From: Deltaproteobacteria bacterium
Lineage (GTDB): Bacteria; Desulfobacterota; Binatia; HRBIN30; CADEER01
Assembly (NCBI GenBank): GCA_033764095.1
Contig: JANRJF010000458.1
Span: forward strand, 4,814 to 68,813
Length of the DNA: 64,000 nt
Direction: 5' to 3'
In this document: one piece after another, positions 40,155 to 48,969 of the stretch
How positions within the stretch are numbered: the first letter of the stretch is position 1
Layout: every line of letters starts with the position of its first letter
Notes under the pieces: model-generated
What the model was told of the DNA's origin: nothing
Database searches by the model: none
What the model saw: only the letters and a program-made list of their open reading frames with translations
Program-made: the position numbers and the translations under genes

Positions 40155-40634
40155 TCAGCCCGCCGCGGCGCGCTCGATGGCGGCGATGTCGATGCGCTTC
40201 ATCTGCATCATCGCTTCCATCGTGCGCCTGGCGCGGGCGGTGTCGGGATCGGCCATCAACTCGATCAGGCGACGCGGCGCGATCTGCCAGGAGAGGCCGA
40301 ACTTGTCTTTCACCCAGCCGCACTGCTCGGCTTCCGGCACGGCGGACAGCGCATCGGTGAGGCGGTCGTTCTCTTCCTGGCTGTCGGTGAAGATCTGGAA
40401 GCTCACCGCCTCGGTGAACTTGAAATGTGGGCCGCCGTTCAGGCCGACGAAATGGATGCCGGCGATGGTGAACTCGACCGTCAGCACGTCGCCCGCCTTG
40501 CCGTTGGGATAGGCGGACGGGGCGCGATGGACGGCATCGACGTGGGCGTCGGGTAGCACCGCGGCGTAGAAGTGCGCGGCCTCCTCGGCGTTGCCGTCGA
40601 ACCAGAGGCAGGGGCTCAACTTGTGGCTGAACAT
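40155..40634 (-). CDS. VOC/glyoxalase-superfamily protein (PhnB-like)
   Basis: PhnB/VOC-like sequence starting [23 protein letters not shown]. Confidence 0.7.
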   Translation of the reverse strand: MFSHKLSPCLWFDGNAEEAAHFYAAVLPDAHVDAVHRAPSAYPNGKAGDVLTVEFTIAGIHFVGLNGGPHFKFTEAVSFQIFTDSQEENDRLTDALSAVPEAEQCGWVKDKFGLSWQIAPRRLIELMADPDTARARRTMEAMMQMKRIDIAAIERAAAG

Positions 40635-40653
40635 GACGCTCGGATCTCCTTCG

Positions 40654-41406
40654 TCACTTGCGCGGGCCGACCATGGCGAACATCGTGCCGTGCGGGTCGC
40701 TGGCCTGGATGATCCAGCGATCGCCCGGCACCTCGGCCGGGCCGTGCAGGACCTGGCCGCGCTGCTCGGTCAGCCGCCGATGCGCGGCGTCGATGTCGTC
40801 GACGTTGAAGTAGAACAGCCATGACGGCGCGACGTTCGGGCTGTTGAACATGGCGCCGATCGGCTCGCCGTTGAAGCCGACGAGCTGGTAGGTGCCCATC
40901 GGCCCCATGTCCATCGCCTGGATCTTCTCCCAGCCGAACAGGCGCGAGTAGAACGCGAAGGCGCGTTCCCAGTCGCTGGTGTGCAGCTCGTTCCAGCCGA
41001 TGTGACCGGGCGCGTTGGCCTTGAAGGCTTCGGGCGGGGCGTGATCGGGCACCGAGCCGCGCAGCAGCATGAAGCGCACGCCCTGCGGGTCGGCGACGAC
41101 CGCGAAGCGGCCGACGCCGGGGATGTCGTCCGGCGCCCGCACGACGGCGCCGCCGGCCTCGCGGATCTGGGCGGCGGTGCGGTCGACGTCGTCGACGCCG
41201 ACATAGCCGCTCCAGCCAGGCCGCGCCCAGGCTTCCGGCGGCGGCGTGCCGATGCCGCCCACCTGGCCGTCCGGCGCCCCGAGCACGGTGTAGTCCATGC
41301 CGCCGCCGTGGCCCTGCATGCCCCAGCCGACGACCGCCTTGTAGAACGCCTCGGCGGCCGGCTTGTCGGCGGCGGCCAGCTCGTACCAGATGAATCCGTT
41401 CGCCAT
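40654..41406 (-). CDS. Two-domain VOC (glyoxalase/bleomycin-resistance/dioxygenase) family protein
   Basis: Tandem VOC modules. Internal start MANGFIWYEL at 41406. Confidence 0.7.
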   Translation of the reverse strand: MANGFIWYELAAADKPAAEAFYKAVVGWGMQGHGGGMDYTVLGAPDGQVGGIGTPPPEAWARPGWSGYVGVDDVDRTAAQIREAGGAVVRAPDDIPGVGRFAVVADPQGVRFMLLRGSVPDHAPPEAFKANAPGHIGWNELHTSDWERAFAFYSRLFGWEKIQAMDMGPMGTYQLVGFNGEPIGAMFNSPNVAPSWLFYFNVDDIDAAHRRLTEQRGQVLHGPAEVPGDRWIIQASDPHGTMFAMVGPRK

Positions 41407-41525
41407 GCGTCTCTCTCCTTGCCCGGTAGTCGATCGGGCGCGAGTCCGATCGACCGACCGTCGACATTTTTTGCGGCCCGTCACGGCGCCGGCGCGGTGG
41501 CGACCCCTAGGCTGGGTTGGCGACC

Positions 41526-41750
41526 TCAGTCGACGACGCGCCAGGCGGTCAGGAACAGCTCGGCGGCGCGCACCTCGCCCTCGGCGTCGATGGTCTTGCC
41601 GACCAGTGCCTCCAGCGCTTCGTCGCGATAGGCGCCGCCGGGCCGACGCAGCAGGTACTCGCGCTCGCCGCTGCGCAGCAGTACCGCCGTGCGCGCGCTC
41701 TTCGAGCCACGCGCGACGCGATGCCGCACCACCTCGCCGCGAATCCGCAT
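41526..41750 (-). CDS. Small hypothetical protein (74 aa) downstream of the peptidase-like gene. Its sequence pattern resembles the C-terminal ~80 aa of that gene.
   Basis: The ORF has ~88% GC3. No clear SD. Rated low. Confidence 0.35.
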   Translation of the reverse strand: MRIRGEVVRHRVARGSKSARTAVLLRSGEREYLLRRPGGAYRDEALEALVGKTIDAEGEVRAAELFLTAWRVVD

Positions 41751-41795
41751 CGCACGGCATTATCGCCGGCCGCGCGTGCGATCGCCACGCCGATC

Positions 41796-43370
41796 TCAGC
41801 GGCTGTGCAGGCGGCGCAGGCGGACGATGCGACCGCGCTCGACGGTCGCCGAGATCAGCACGATGCGCTTGACGCCGTCGCGCTTCGCATGGTGCGAGGC
41901 GATCGCGGTGTGCACGGCGGTCGGCGTCGCCCCCCGCCGCCTGGTCGCGCGGCGCAATCGCTCGGCGGCGGGATCGTGAACGGCGTACGAGGTGAAGCGC
42001 AGCCGATCGCTACGGATGCCGGCGTCGCGCGCCGCCGCGCTGAGCACCCGGCGGACGCTCTGCGGCGGCCGTTTCCTGGCGCGGCGCACGCTGCCGACGG
42101 TTTCCTCCAGCAGCACGCCGGTGCGCAGCAGGCGATCGCGCCGCAGTCCGCGCCCGGGCGGCAGCGCCCCGGCGTCGGCGAGCGCCTTGTGGAAGAGCGG
42201 GGTCTTCTCCAGCCCCTGCGGCATGCGGCCGACGGCGTGGATCGACGGATCGCCGAGCAGGGTGAACTGCGCCAGCGTCTTGAGGTCCTCGCCCTGCATG
42301 ACCGACATGCCGAGGGTGTAGCGGTGGCGCGCTTCCAGCAGCGCGCGACCGAGCGAGGCGCCGCGGAGCACCTCTTCGAGGAAGTAGCGGCACAGCAGGT
42401 CGGCCCAGCCGTTGCCGCTGCTCGGCCCGTAGGCGATGGTCGTGCTGCCGAGATACCCATACGCGCCGCCGCCCAGGTACGCGTAGCAGAGGCCGGGTTG
42501 ATCGTCGGCGCGCGCCGGGTCGTACAGATCGGCGCCGTAGCAGCACTCGGCGGCCACCACCGCACCGTCGCTGACGCGCTCGTGGATGCGGTCGGCGCGG
42601 TGCGCATCCGGGTACTCGTCGCTGTCCTCGTGGCTCTGCCCGACGAAAGTCGGGTCGGCGGCACGCCCGTGGCAGTTGATGAAGTGGATGCGCGGCGCCA
42701 GGTCGGTGCGCGTCCAGTCGGGTCCCTGCGGCGGCGAGGTCTTCAGCCCGTCGCTGCTGCCGAACAGCGTGCGCAGCGTGAGGCCGGTCGAGGCGCGCCA
42801 CCAGTACACGCTGAGGCCGAAGTAGCTGTCGTAGGCATCGCGCGAGCGGGTGCGGTAGCGCGCCGCGGTGCGCAGCAGGCCGAGCAGATACTCGGGATCG
42901 CGTGCGCCGGTGAGGTCGGGCAGCCGCCCGACGACGCGGGTCGGGCCGCGAAAGTCGCGGATCGAGCGGCTGTACGGCGCCTCGCAGGCGTAGGGCAGGT
43001 CGCTCGGCACCGTCCGATCGGTGTCGCTCTCCTCGTCGCTGGGATCGAAGAGCGGGTTGGCCAGGCTCTGGTGCGGAATCACGTCGATCGAGCCGAGCAG
43101 CAGCAGATAGTCGGGCGTGACGGCGCGGTACGCGGCGTCGATGGCGTCCTTGTTCTCGCGCCGGTGATCGGCATCGACCACCGCCCGGCCGCGCAGCGCC
43201 CGCATCTGCGCGCGGCTGCTCAGGTCGATGACGCGGGTGACGAGCCCGCGCTCGGCATCGGCGACGATCAACCCGGCCAGCGCCGTGCGGATCTCCGCCA
43301 GACCATCCGTGCCGTACTTGGTCCGCAGCGCGGCGACGTTGGTGACGATCAACTTGTCGATCTTGGGCAT
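41796..43370 (-). CDS. Cytoplasmic clan-CD (caspase/gingipain/legumain-fold) cysteine-peptidase-like protein: His in FINCHG and Cys in VVAAECCYGADL about 45 aa downstream, with N- and C-terminal extensions of unknown function
   Basis: The catalytic dyad spacing and surrounding motifs are read from the translation. No signal peptide. Confidence 0.5.
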   Translation of the reverse strand: MPKIDKLIVTNVAALRTKYGTDGLAEIRTALAGLIVADAERGLVTRVIDLSSRAQMRALRGRAVVDADHRRENKDAIDAAYRAVTPDYLLLLGSIDVIPHQSLANPLFDPSDEESDTDRTVPSDLPYACEAPYSRSIRDFRGPTRVVGRLPDLTGARDPEYLLGLLRTAARYRTRSRDAYDSYFGLSVYWWRASTGLTLRTLFGSSDGLKTSPPQGPDWTRTDLAPRIHFINCHGRAADPTFVGQSHEDSDEYPDAHRADRIHERVSDGAVVAAECCYGADLYDPARADDQPGLCYAYLGGGAYGYLGSTTIAYGPSSGNGWADLLCRYFLEEVLRGASLGRALLEARHRYTLGMSVMQGEDLKTLAQFTLLGDPSIHAVGRMPQGLEKTPLFHKALADAGALPPGRGLRRDRLLRTGVLLEETVGSVRRARKRPPQSVRRVLSAAARDAGIRSDRLRFTSYAVHDPAAERLRRATRRRGATPTAVHTAIASHHAKRDGVKRIVLISATVERGRIVRLRRLHSR

Positions 43371-43550
43371 GGGCCCCCCGGAGACGGTGGCCGTCCCTGC
43401 GCCGCCGCAGCGGCTACCTATGCGAAGCGTCTTGGCCGGCGACAGTTGGGAATTCCCCCAATGCCGCGCCGGGAAGCCCAGGCCGGCCGAGCGATGCGTC
43501 GCGAGATCCGCCGGCGTGGGCCGGCACCGCCGAGCGCGCGAGGTGGGTCC

Positions 43551-45560
43551 TCAGCGTGCGCGCACCTCGGCGCGGCGGTAGACCGGCGTGCCGCTCGGAT
43601 CGGTCGGGCCCCAGCTCCAGCCATGCATCGGGATGACGTCCTGCAGATCGCTGATCCACTGCGGCGAGTCGTTCGAGTCGCCGGCCGATGGCCACACCAG
43701 GATCACCGTGCAGAACCGCTGACAGCGACCGGCGGCAATCGCCTCGCGAATCTCGCTCTGGTCCTTCACATAGCTGACCTGCGGCAGCGTGAAGCTGCCC
43801 CAGTACGCTTCTGCCGTACCGGGCGAGGCGTAGACGAACACCGGCCCGGCCACCGCCGCCTCGCGTACGGCGTGAATCAGGTGGACCCTGTTGATGCCGA
43901 ACTCGCCGTGCCAGTCGAGCAAGCGTCCATAGTAGTACGTCCGGATCGCGGCGAAGTTCAGCACCATCGCGGCGCTCGCCAGGGTGAGCATCAGCGCGGC
44001 CCGATGGCGCACGCTGGCGACGCGCTCGGCGACCACCAGCGCGCCGATGGCGGCCAGCCAGGCGACGAACATGCTGCTGCTGGTCATGCGTCGCGCCACC
44101 GTCAGTGTGCCGCCGACCTCTTCCGGATACGACGCACTGGCGGGGAGGATGAAGATGAACAGACCAGCCAGGGCGATGCGTGCGCCGCGCTCGCGAATGC
44201 GCCACAAGGACGCGCAGATGCCGATGGTGAACAGGGCGGAGACGATCGGATCGAGTGCGGCGTGGTTCCAGCGCACGCCGTAGCGGCCGGCGTGCCCCTG
44301 GGTGACCTGCAGCAGGTTGAACGCGCCGACGGTGCCGCGCGCGATGCCCTCGACGCGCGACATCCCCGCCTGCTCCAGCAATTGGTCGCGCCGCGCCGCG
44401 ACCGAGCGCGCCAGGGTGAAGGTCTTCGGGTCGTGTGCGAACTGTGCCGCGATCGGCGCGATGCCGATCAGCAGGGCGATGCCGAACGCCAGCGCCAGCG
44501 GCACGACGCGGCGTCCGCGGCGCGGCGGCAGCAGGGCGTGGTCGGCGAGCAGTGCGACCGCCCAGGGTGCGGCGAACAGGGCGGCTTTGAGCCAGGCGGC
44601 GCCGATCGCGGCGCTGACGCCGGCCGCCGCCAGACACGACAGGCGGTTGGTGGCGAAGCCGAACAGGACCAGCGCCGTCGTCGCGCCGATCCAGAACATG
44701 TCGCCGGCATACTGGTAGTTGAGGCGACTCGTGATCCACGGCAGGCCGGCCCAGATCATGAACAGCGCCGCGGTCGCGGCGCTGGCGCGCGAGCCGAACA
44801 GCCGCACCGCGCAGTACAGCGCGCCGACCGCCAGCGCGCCGAAGAGCACGCCGGGGAGCTTGGCCGTCTGCAGGGTGTCGAGCCCGAGCCAGCCGAAGTA
44901 GGTGATGAAGAAGACGCTGATGTAGTGAAACACGCCGGTCAACGCGAGGTGGTCGACCCCGAAGCCGGGAAGGGCTGCGGATCGCAGCGTCTCCAGGGTG
45001 ATGGCGAACACGCCGCCTTCGTCCTGCGCCAAGCCCGGCGGCCCGGTGGCGAGATCGGTGCCGCGCGCCAGCGCGGCGAGCGCGATCACACCGCCCGCGG
45101 TCAGCCAATCGCCACGCGTCCACCCGAGCGCGATCGTCGCGCGCCCGCGGTCGCATAGATGCGCGGCGAGGATCACGCATGCCGCCGCCCCGCCCCAGGC
45201 GGTCAGCTGACGGAGGCCGAGCCCCGGAGCCGGCGGCTCGAACACGCTGAGCGTGGTGCGAACGGCGAGCACGACGGCGACGCAGAGCAGGCCGACCGCT
45301 AACTGCGCGGCGCGCGTGGACGTCAGCGGCGTACCGCCCTCCATGCGCGGCGAGATTGCGAGCAGCGCGATGCTACAGGCGATCAAGAGCCCGAGCGCTC
45401 GGAACGGCGTATCGCTGCCGTCGAGAAAGAACGCCGCCAGCAGTGCGGAGCCAGTCAGGCACACGGCCAATACTTGGCGCACGGCGGCTGGCTCTATCAC
45501 TCGCGCCGCGCCAGACAACCGGTCGCGGCGATCAGCCTGCCGTGTACGTCGTGCGACCAC
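43551..45560 (-). CDS. GT-C fold membrane glycosyltransferase, family 39 / ArnT-PMT-like (about 12 TM helices)
   Basis: Polytopic membrane protein with an AQDEGG-type first-loop acidic motif. GTG start. The large antisense ORFs across it were rejected. Confidence 0.6.
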   Translation of the reverse strand: MVARRTRQADRRDRLSGAARVIEPAAVRQVLAVCLTGSALLAAFFLDGSDTPFRALGLLIACSIALLAISPRMEGGTPLTSTRAAQLAVGLLCVAVVLAVRTTLSVFEPPAPGLGLRQLTAWGGAAACVILAAHLCDRGRATIALGWTRGDWLTAGGVIALAALARGTDLATGPPGLAQDEGGVFAITLETLRSAALPGFGVDHLALTGVFHYISVFFITYFGWLGLDTLQTAKLPGVLFGALAVGALYCAVRLFGSRASAATAALFMIWAGLPWITSRLNYQYAGDMFWIGATTALVLFGFATNRLSCLAAAGVSAAIGAAWLKAALFAAPWAVALLADHALLPPRRGRRVVPLALAFGIALLIGIAPIAAQFAHDPKTFTLARSVAARRDQLLEQAGMSRVEGIARGTVGAFNLLQVTQGHAGRYGVRWNHAALDPIVSALFTIGICASLWRIRERGARIALAGLFIFILPASASYPEEVGGTLTVARRMTSSSMFVAWLAAIGALVVAERVASVRHRAALMLTLASAAMVLNFAAIRTYYYGRLLDWHGEFGINRVHLIHAVREAAVAGPVFVYASPGTAEAYWGSFTLPQVSYVKDQSEIREAIAAGRCQRFCTVILVWPSAGDSNDSPQWISDLQDVIPMHGWSWGPTDPSGTPVYRRAEVRAR

Positions 45561-45632
45561 CCGCGGTGGCCGACTCCGAGCACGGCGCGGTACACGGGCG
45601 GCGCGGCGTCGCGCCGCCGCCCGTCCGCCGGC

Positions 45633-46325
45633 TCACGCGAGGCCGGTCTCGCGCACGGTGATACTGAGGCGGCCCGGCGGCAGGCCGAGGTCGTCGGGTC
45701 CGCTGCCCGCCGCGACCCGCGGCACGCCGTGGAAGACGCGCCGGTTCGGGCCGCCGAAGACGATCAGATCGCCGGAGCACATCTCGACGTCGGTGAACGG
45801 CGCGCCGCGCCGGTCGACGCCGGCGAGGCGGAAGCAGCAGCGGTCGCCGATCGCGATCGTCACCACCGGCGCCTCGCTCGGTTCCTCGCCATCCTGGTGC
45901 AGGCCGAGCCGCGCGCCGGGAGCGTAGAAGTTGACGATCGCCGCGTCGGGGCGGAAGCGCATCGCCGCGGCGCTGCCGGCGCCGTATGCGGCGTCGACCG
46001 CGGCGCAGGCGAGCGCGGCGAGCGATGCCGGCAGCGGCTTGACCGGCGCGCCGTCGGTGTCGTCGGCGGTGCGCGAGTACACGTAGGGCTGCCAGTGCCA
46101 GCCGAGGCAGACCGACTGCACGCTCATCAGGTGTCCGGTGGGCATGCGCGGATGCCGCAGGCCGGCCGGCGGCGCCGCCCAGACGCGGAACTGCCGCACC
46201 AGCGCGCGCTGCGCGGCGCGGTCGAGCCAGTCGCCGACCTGCACGACGCCCGGCAGGACCTCGCGCCGGCCGCGCGGCGCGCTCGTCGCCAGCAGCGTGA
46301 GCTGCCCGCTCCGACCAACGGTCAT
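45633..46325 (-). CDS. alkB: Alpha-ketoglutarate/Fe(II)-dependent dioxygenase AlkB (alkylated DNA/RNA repair)
   Basis: AlkB fold motifs (FYAPGARLGLHQD...; H-x-D...H). Internal start at 46325. Confidence 0.75.
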   Translation of the reverse strand: MTVGRSGQLTLLATSAPRGRREVLPGVVQVGDWLDRAAQRALVRQFRVWAAPPAGLRHPRMPTGHLMSVQSVCLGWHWQPYVYSRTADDTDGAPVKPLPASLAALACAAVDAAYGAGSAAAMRFRPDAAIVNFYAPGARLGLHQDGEEPSEAPVVTIAIGDRCCFRLAGVDRRGAPFTDVEMCSGDLIVFGGPNRRVFHGVPRVAAGSGPDDLGLPPGRLSITVRETGLA

Positions 46326-46523
46326 CTCCGGCAGCGTCGTCGGGACCCCTCGTACGCCGCCGCGCGGCGCGCCATCGCGTCGGACGGTGCCCTGCGAACC
46401 CATGCGCCGCAGCGTAGCACGGGTGGCGCGGTGGGACTGGCTATCGGCGGACGTCGATCCGCGGCGCTGGCGGGTGCGGGACAGTCCCGGCGGCCGGAAC
46501 GGGATCCGGCCGCCGGGCGGGGG

Positions 46524-48605
46524 TCAGGCGCTCGGCGCAGTGAGCCGCGCTTCGATCGCGCGGCGCACATCGACCGCCGTCGGGCTCGGTGACGTGCCGG
46601 CGACGGCCGCCTCGCCGAGCTTGTCCGAGAGCAGCAGGGCGAACAGCGCCTGCAGCAACGAGCCGCTGCCGCCGAGCTGGTCACCGCCGCCGCTGGCGGG
46701 GCCGGCGGCGCCGCCGCCGATGAGGATCTTCGGCACGACGTCGACGCGCGCCTGCTCGATCGCCGCGGCGAAGCGGGTCATCACCTGCTGGGTGAGCTGG
46801 AAGCGCGGCCCGCCGTAGGCGCGCACCTGTTCCTCGATCGCCATGGCCTCGGCGATCCCGACGCGGGCGGCGCGCTCGGCCTCGGCCCCGGCCAGCGCGG
46901 CGATCTTGCGCGCCTCGCCCTCGCCGAGCAGGCGGATCTTCTCCGCCTCGGCCGTCGCGAGCGCCTGGATCTGCGCCGCCTGCTGCTGGGCGCGGGCGTA
47001 CTCGGCCTTTCCCTGGTTGGCCTGTACCTGGATCGAGAGCTCGGCTTCGGTGATGTGCGTCTGCTGCCTGGCGCGCGCTTCCGCCTCGCGCAGCTCGCGC
47101 TCCTTCACCGCCGCCTGCTGCTGGCGGTCGTAGGTCTCGATCTGCTCGGCGGCGATCTGTCGCGAGCGCAGCTGGGCGAGGATCTGGTCGATCTGTACGT
47201 CGCCCTTGCCGGACGACGGCGTGCCGATCAGCACCTCCTGCAGGTCGAGGTTGTAGCGCGCGAACTTCTCGCGCATCTCCTCGGCCGAGCGCTGCTGGAT
47301 CTCGCTGCGCTCCTGCAGCAGCTCGATGAGCGTGCGGGTCTGCGCGACGTTCTTGAAGTACGCCGACACCATCGGGTCGAGCGTCTGCTCGACCAGGCGC
47401 TTGATGTCGCCGAAGCGCTGCACGACCAGCGGCGCCTTGCGGTAGTCGATGTGCACCACCACCGACAGCGGCAGGGTCGGCTCGAACGCGTCCTTGGTGA
47501 TCAGCGACACCTCCGCCAGGTTCTCGTCGAAGCGGTGTGCGCCGCTCTCCTCGCGCACCCACTTCAGGATGAAGTTGGTGGTCGGCACGATGTTCACCTT
47601 GCCGGCGTACGTGTTGAACGCGTACTTGCCGGGCAGCAGCGGCGTCTTCCACACGCCGCGGCGGTCGACGTCGACCAGCTCGCCGTGCGCGTACTCCTCG
47701 CCCGACAGGTCGGCGCCGGCCTCGCCGGTGTACGACACCACCACGCCGACGTTGCCGACCTCGACGACGGTCTTGGCGATCGTCTCGACGGTGGCGAACA
47801 GGCGGTTGACGAAGTACGTTCCCTCGACCAGCACCTGCAGCTGCCGGCCACGGCGGCCGCCGGCGGCGAGGAAGCGCTCCGGATCCTGGAAGTTGTTGTG
47901 GTAGCGCGGCTCGTCGGTCGGATCGTTGCCGACCGTTGGGGCGATGATCTGCCCGGCGGCCAGCGACGGACCGTCGTGCACGGTGACGATGCCGACCAGG
48001 TCGCCGGTGAGGATGACCGGGGTGAAGCCGGCGCGTTCCTCGACCAGCTGCGCCATGCGGGTGAGCACCGCCTCCTCCGCCGTAACCAACGGCAGGCAGA
48101 AGACGCCGTCGTCGGTGATGACGACGAACTGCGCCAGATTGATCGCGTAGGTTCCTTCGCGCAGCACCTGGCGCTGCGGGCCGCGCTGGCCGCCGCTGCG
48201 CAGGAAGGTCGCCGCGTCGCTGAAGTCGGTGCCGGCGACGTTGCCCGCCAGCGCCTGCGTCGCCGGCAGCGGCTGGCCGTCGCGCGCGAAGACGTAGCCG
48301 AGGTGCCCCTGGGCGATCGTCACCAGTGGGACGATGTGGATGCGATACTGCAGCGGCACCATGAAGTGCAGGCCACCGCGCAGTACGTCGGGCTGGTAAC
48401 CGGCCTCGCCGTCGAGCGCGATCAGGCCGTTCACCACCGAGCCGCGCTGGCTCCAGAGCTTTTCGACGATGCCGACGCGGCTGTTGGGAATGTACCGCAC
48501 CGCGCCGACCAGCCACAGCAGCGCCACGAGGCCGAGCGGCACGGCCAGGTAGCTGGCGATGAGCCACGACCACTGGCGGGTTTCGGGATCGAGAAACGGA
48601 AGCAT
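46524..48605 (-). CDS. Flotillin-family SPFH/band-7 membrane scaffold protein (FloT-like) with a long coiled-coil/EA-rich C-terminus
   Basis: N-terminal TM helix, SPFH domain and a flotillin EA repeat region (AEAEKIRLLGEGEARKIAALAGAEAERAARV). Confidence 0.8.
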   Translation of the reverse strand: MLPFLDPETRQWSWLIASYLAVPLGLVALLWLVGAVRYIPNSRVGIVEKLWSQRGSVVNGLIALDGEAGYQPDVLRGGLHFMVPLQYRIHIVPLVTIAQGHLGYVFARDGQPLPATQALAGNVAGTDFSDAATFLRSGGQRGPQRQVLREGTYAINLAQFVVITDDGVFCLPLVTAEEAVLTRMAQLVEERAGFTPVILTGDLVGIVTVHDGPSLAAGQIIAPTVGNDPTDEPRYHNNFQDPERFLAAGGRRGRQLQVLVEGTYFVNRLFATVETIAKTVVEVGNVGVVVSYTGEAGADLSGEEYAHGELVDVDRRGVWKTPLLPGKYAFNTYAGKVNIVPTTNFILKWVREESGAHRFDENLAEVSLITKDAFEPTLPLSVVVHIDYRKAPLVVQRFGDIKRLVEQTLDPMVSAYFKNVAQTRTLIELLQERSEIQQRSAEEMREKFARYNLDLQEVLIGTPSSGKGDVQIDQILAQLRSRQIAAEQIETYDRQQQAAVKERELREAEARARQQTHITEAELSIQVQANQGKAEYARAQQQAAQIQALATAEAEKIRLLGEGEARKIAALAGAEAERAARVGIAEAMAIEEQVRAYGGPRFQLTQQVMTRFAAAIEQARVDVVPKILIGGGAAGPASGGGDQLGGSGSLLQALFALLLSDKLGEAAVAGTSPSPTAVDVRRAIEARLTAPSA

Positions 48606-48969
48606 GGACGGACTCCTTCAGGGCGACAGACGAACGCGGCGTGCCCGCGAGGTGCAGGGCACGTGGTCGGACCCGCCCGGGCCCGACGCCGGGGCGCGCC
48701 GCGCGCGGCGCGGCGCCCTATGCGCGACTCGCGATGGCGCTCGAAGCGGAGCGCGCGCGACAGCCGAACGGTGAGCGGATGATGACGATCATCTCGTGCC
48801 CTCTCCCACTCTCGACGTCCACGCTAACGCACGGCGCCGCGGCGACAAGCGGGCGTCGCGCGACGCTCGTGGAAGCCGTCGGCACGGCCGCGCACCGGGA
48901 GAAAGGGCACGCGCCTTCACCGGCGGCCTCTGCTAGGCTACGGAGCCGCGACTCGGGGAGCCCAGCCTG

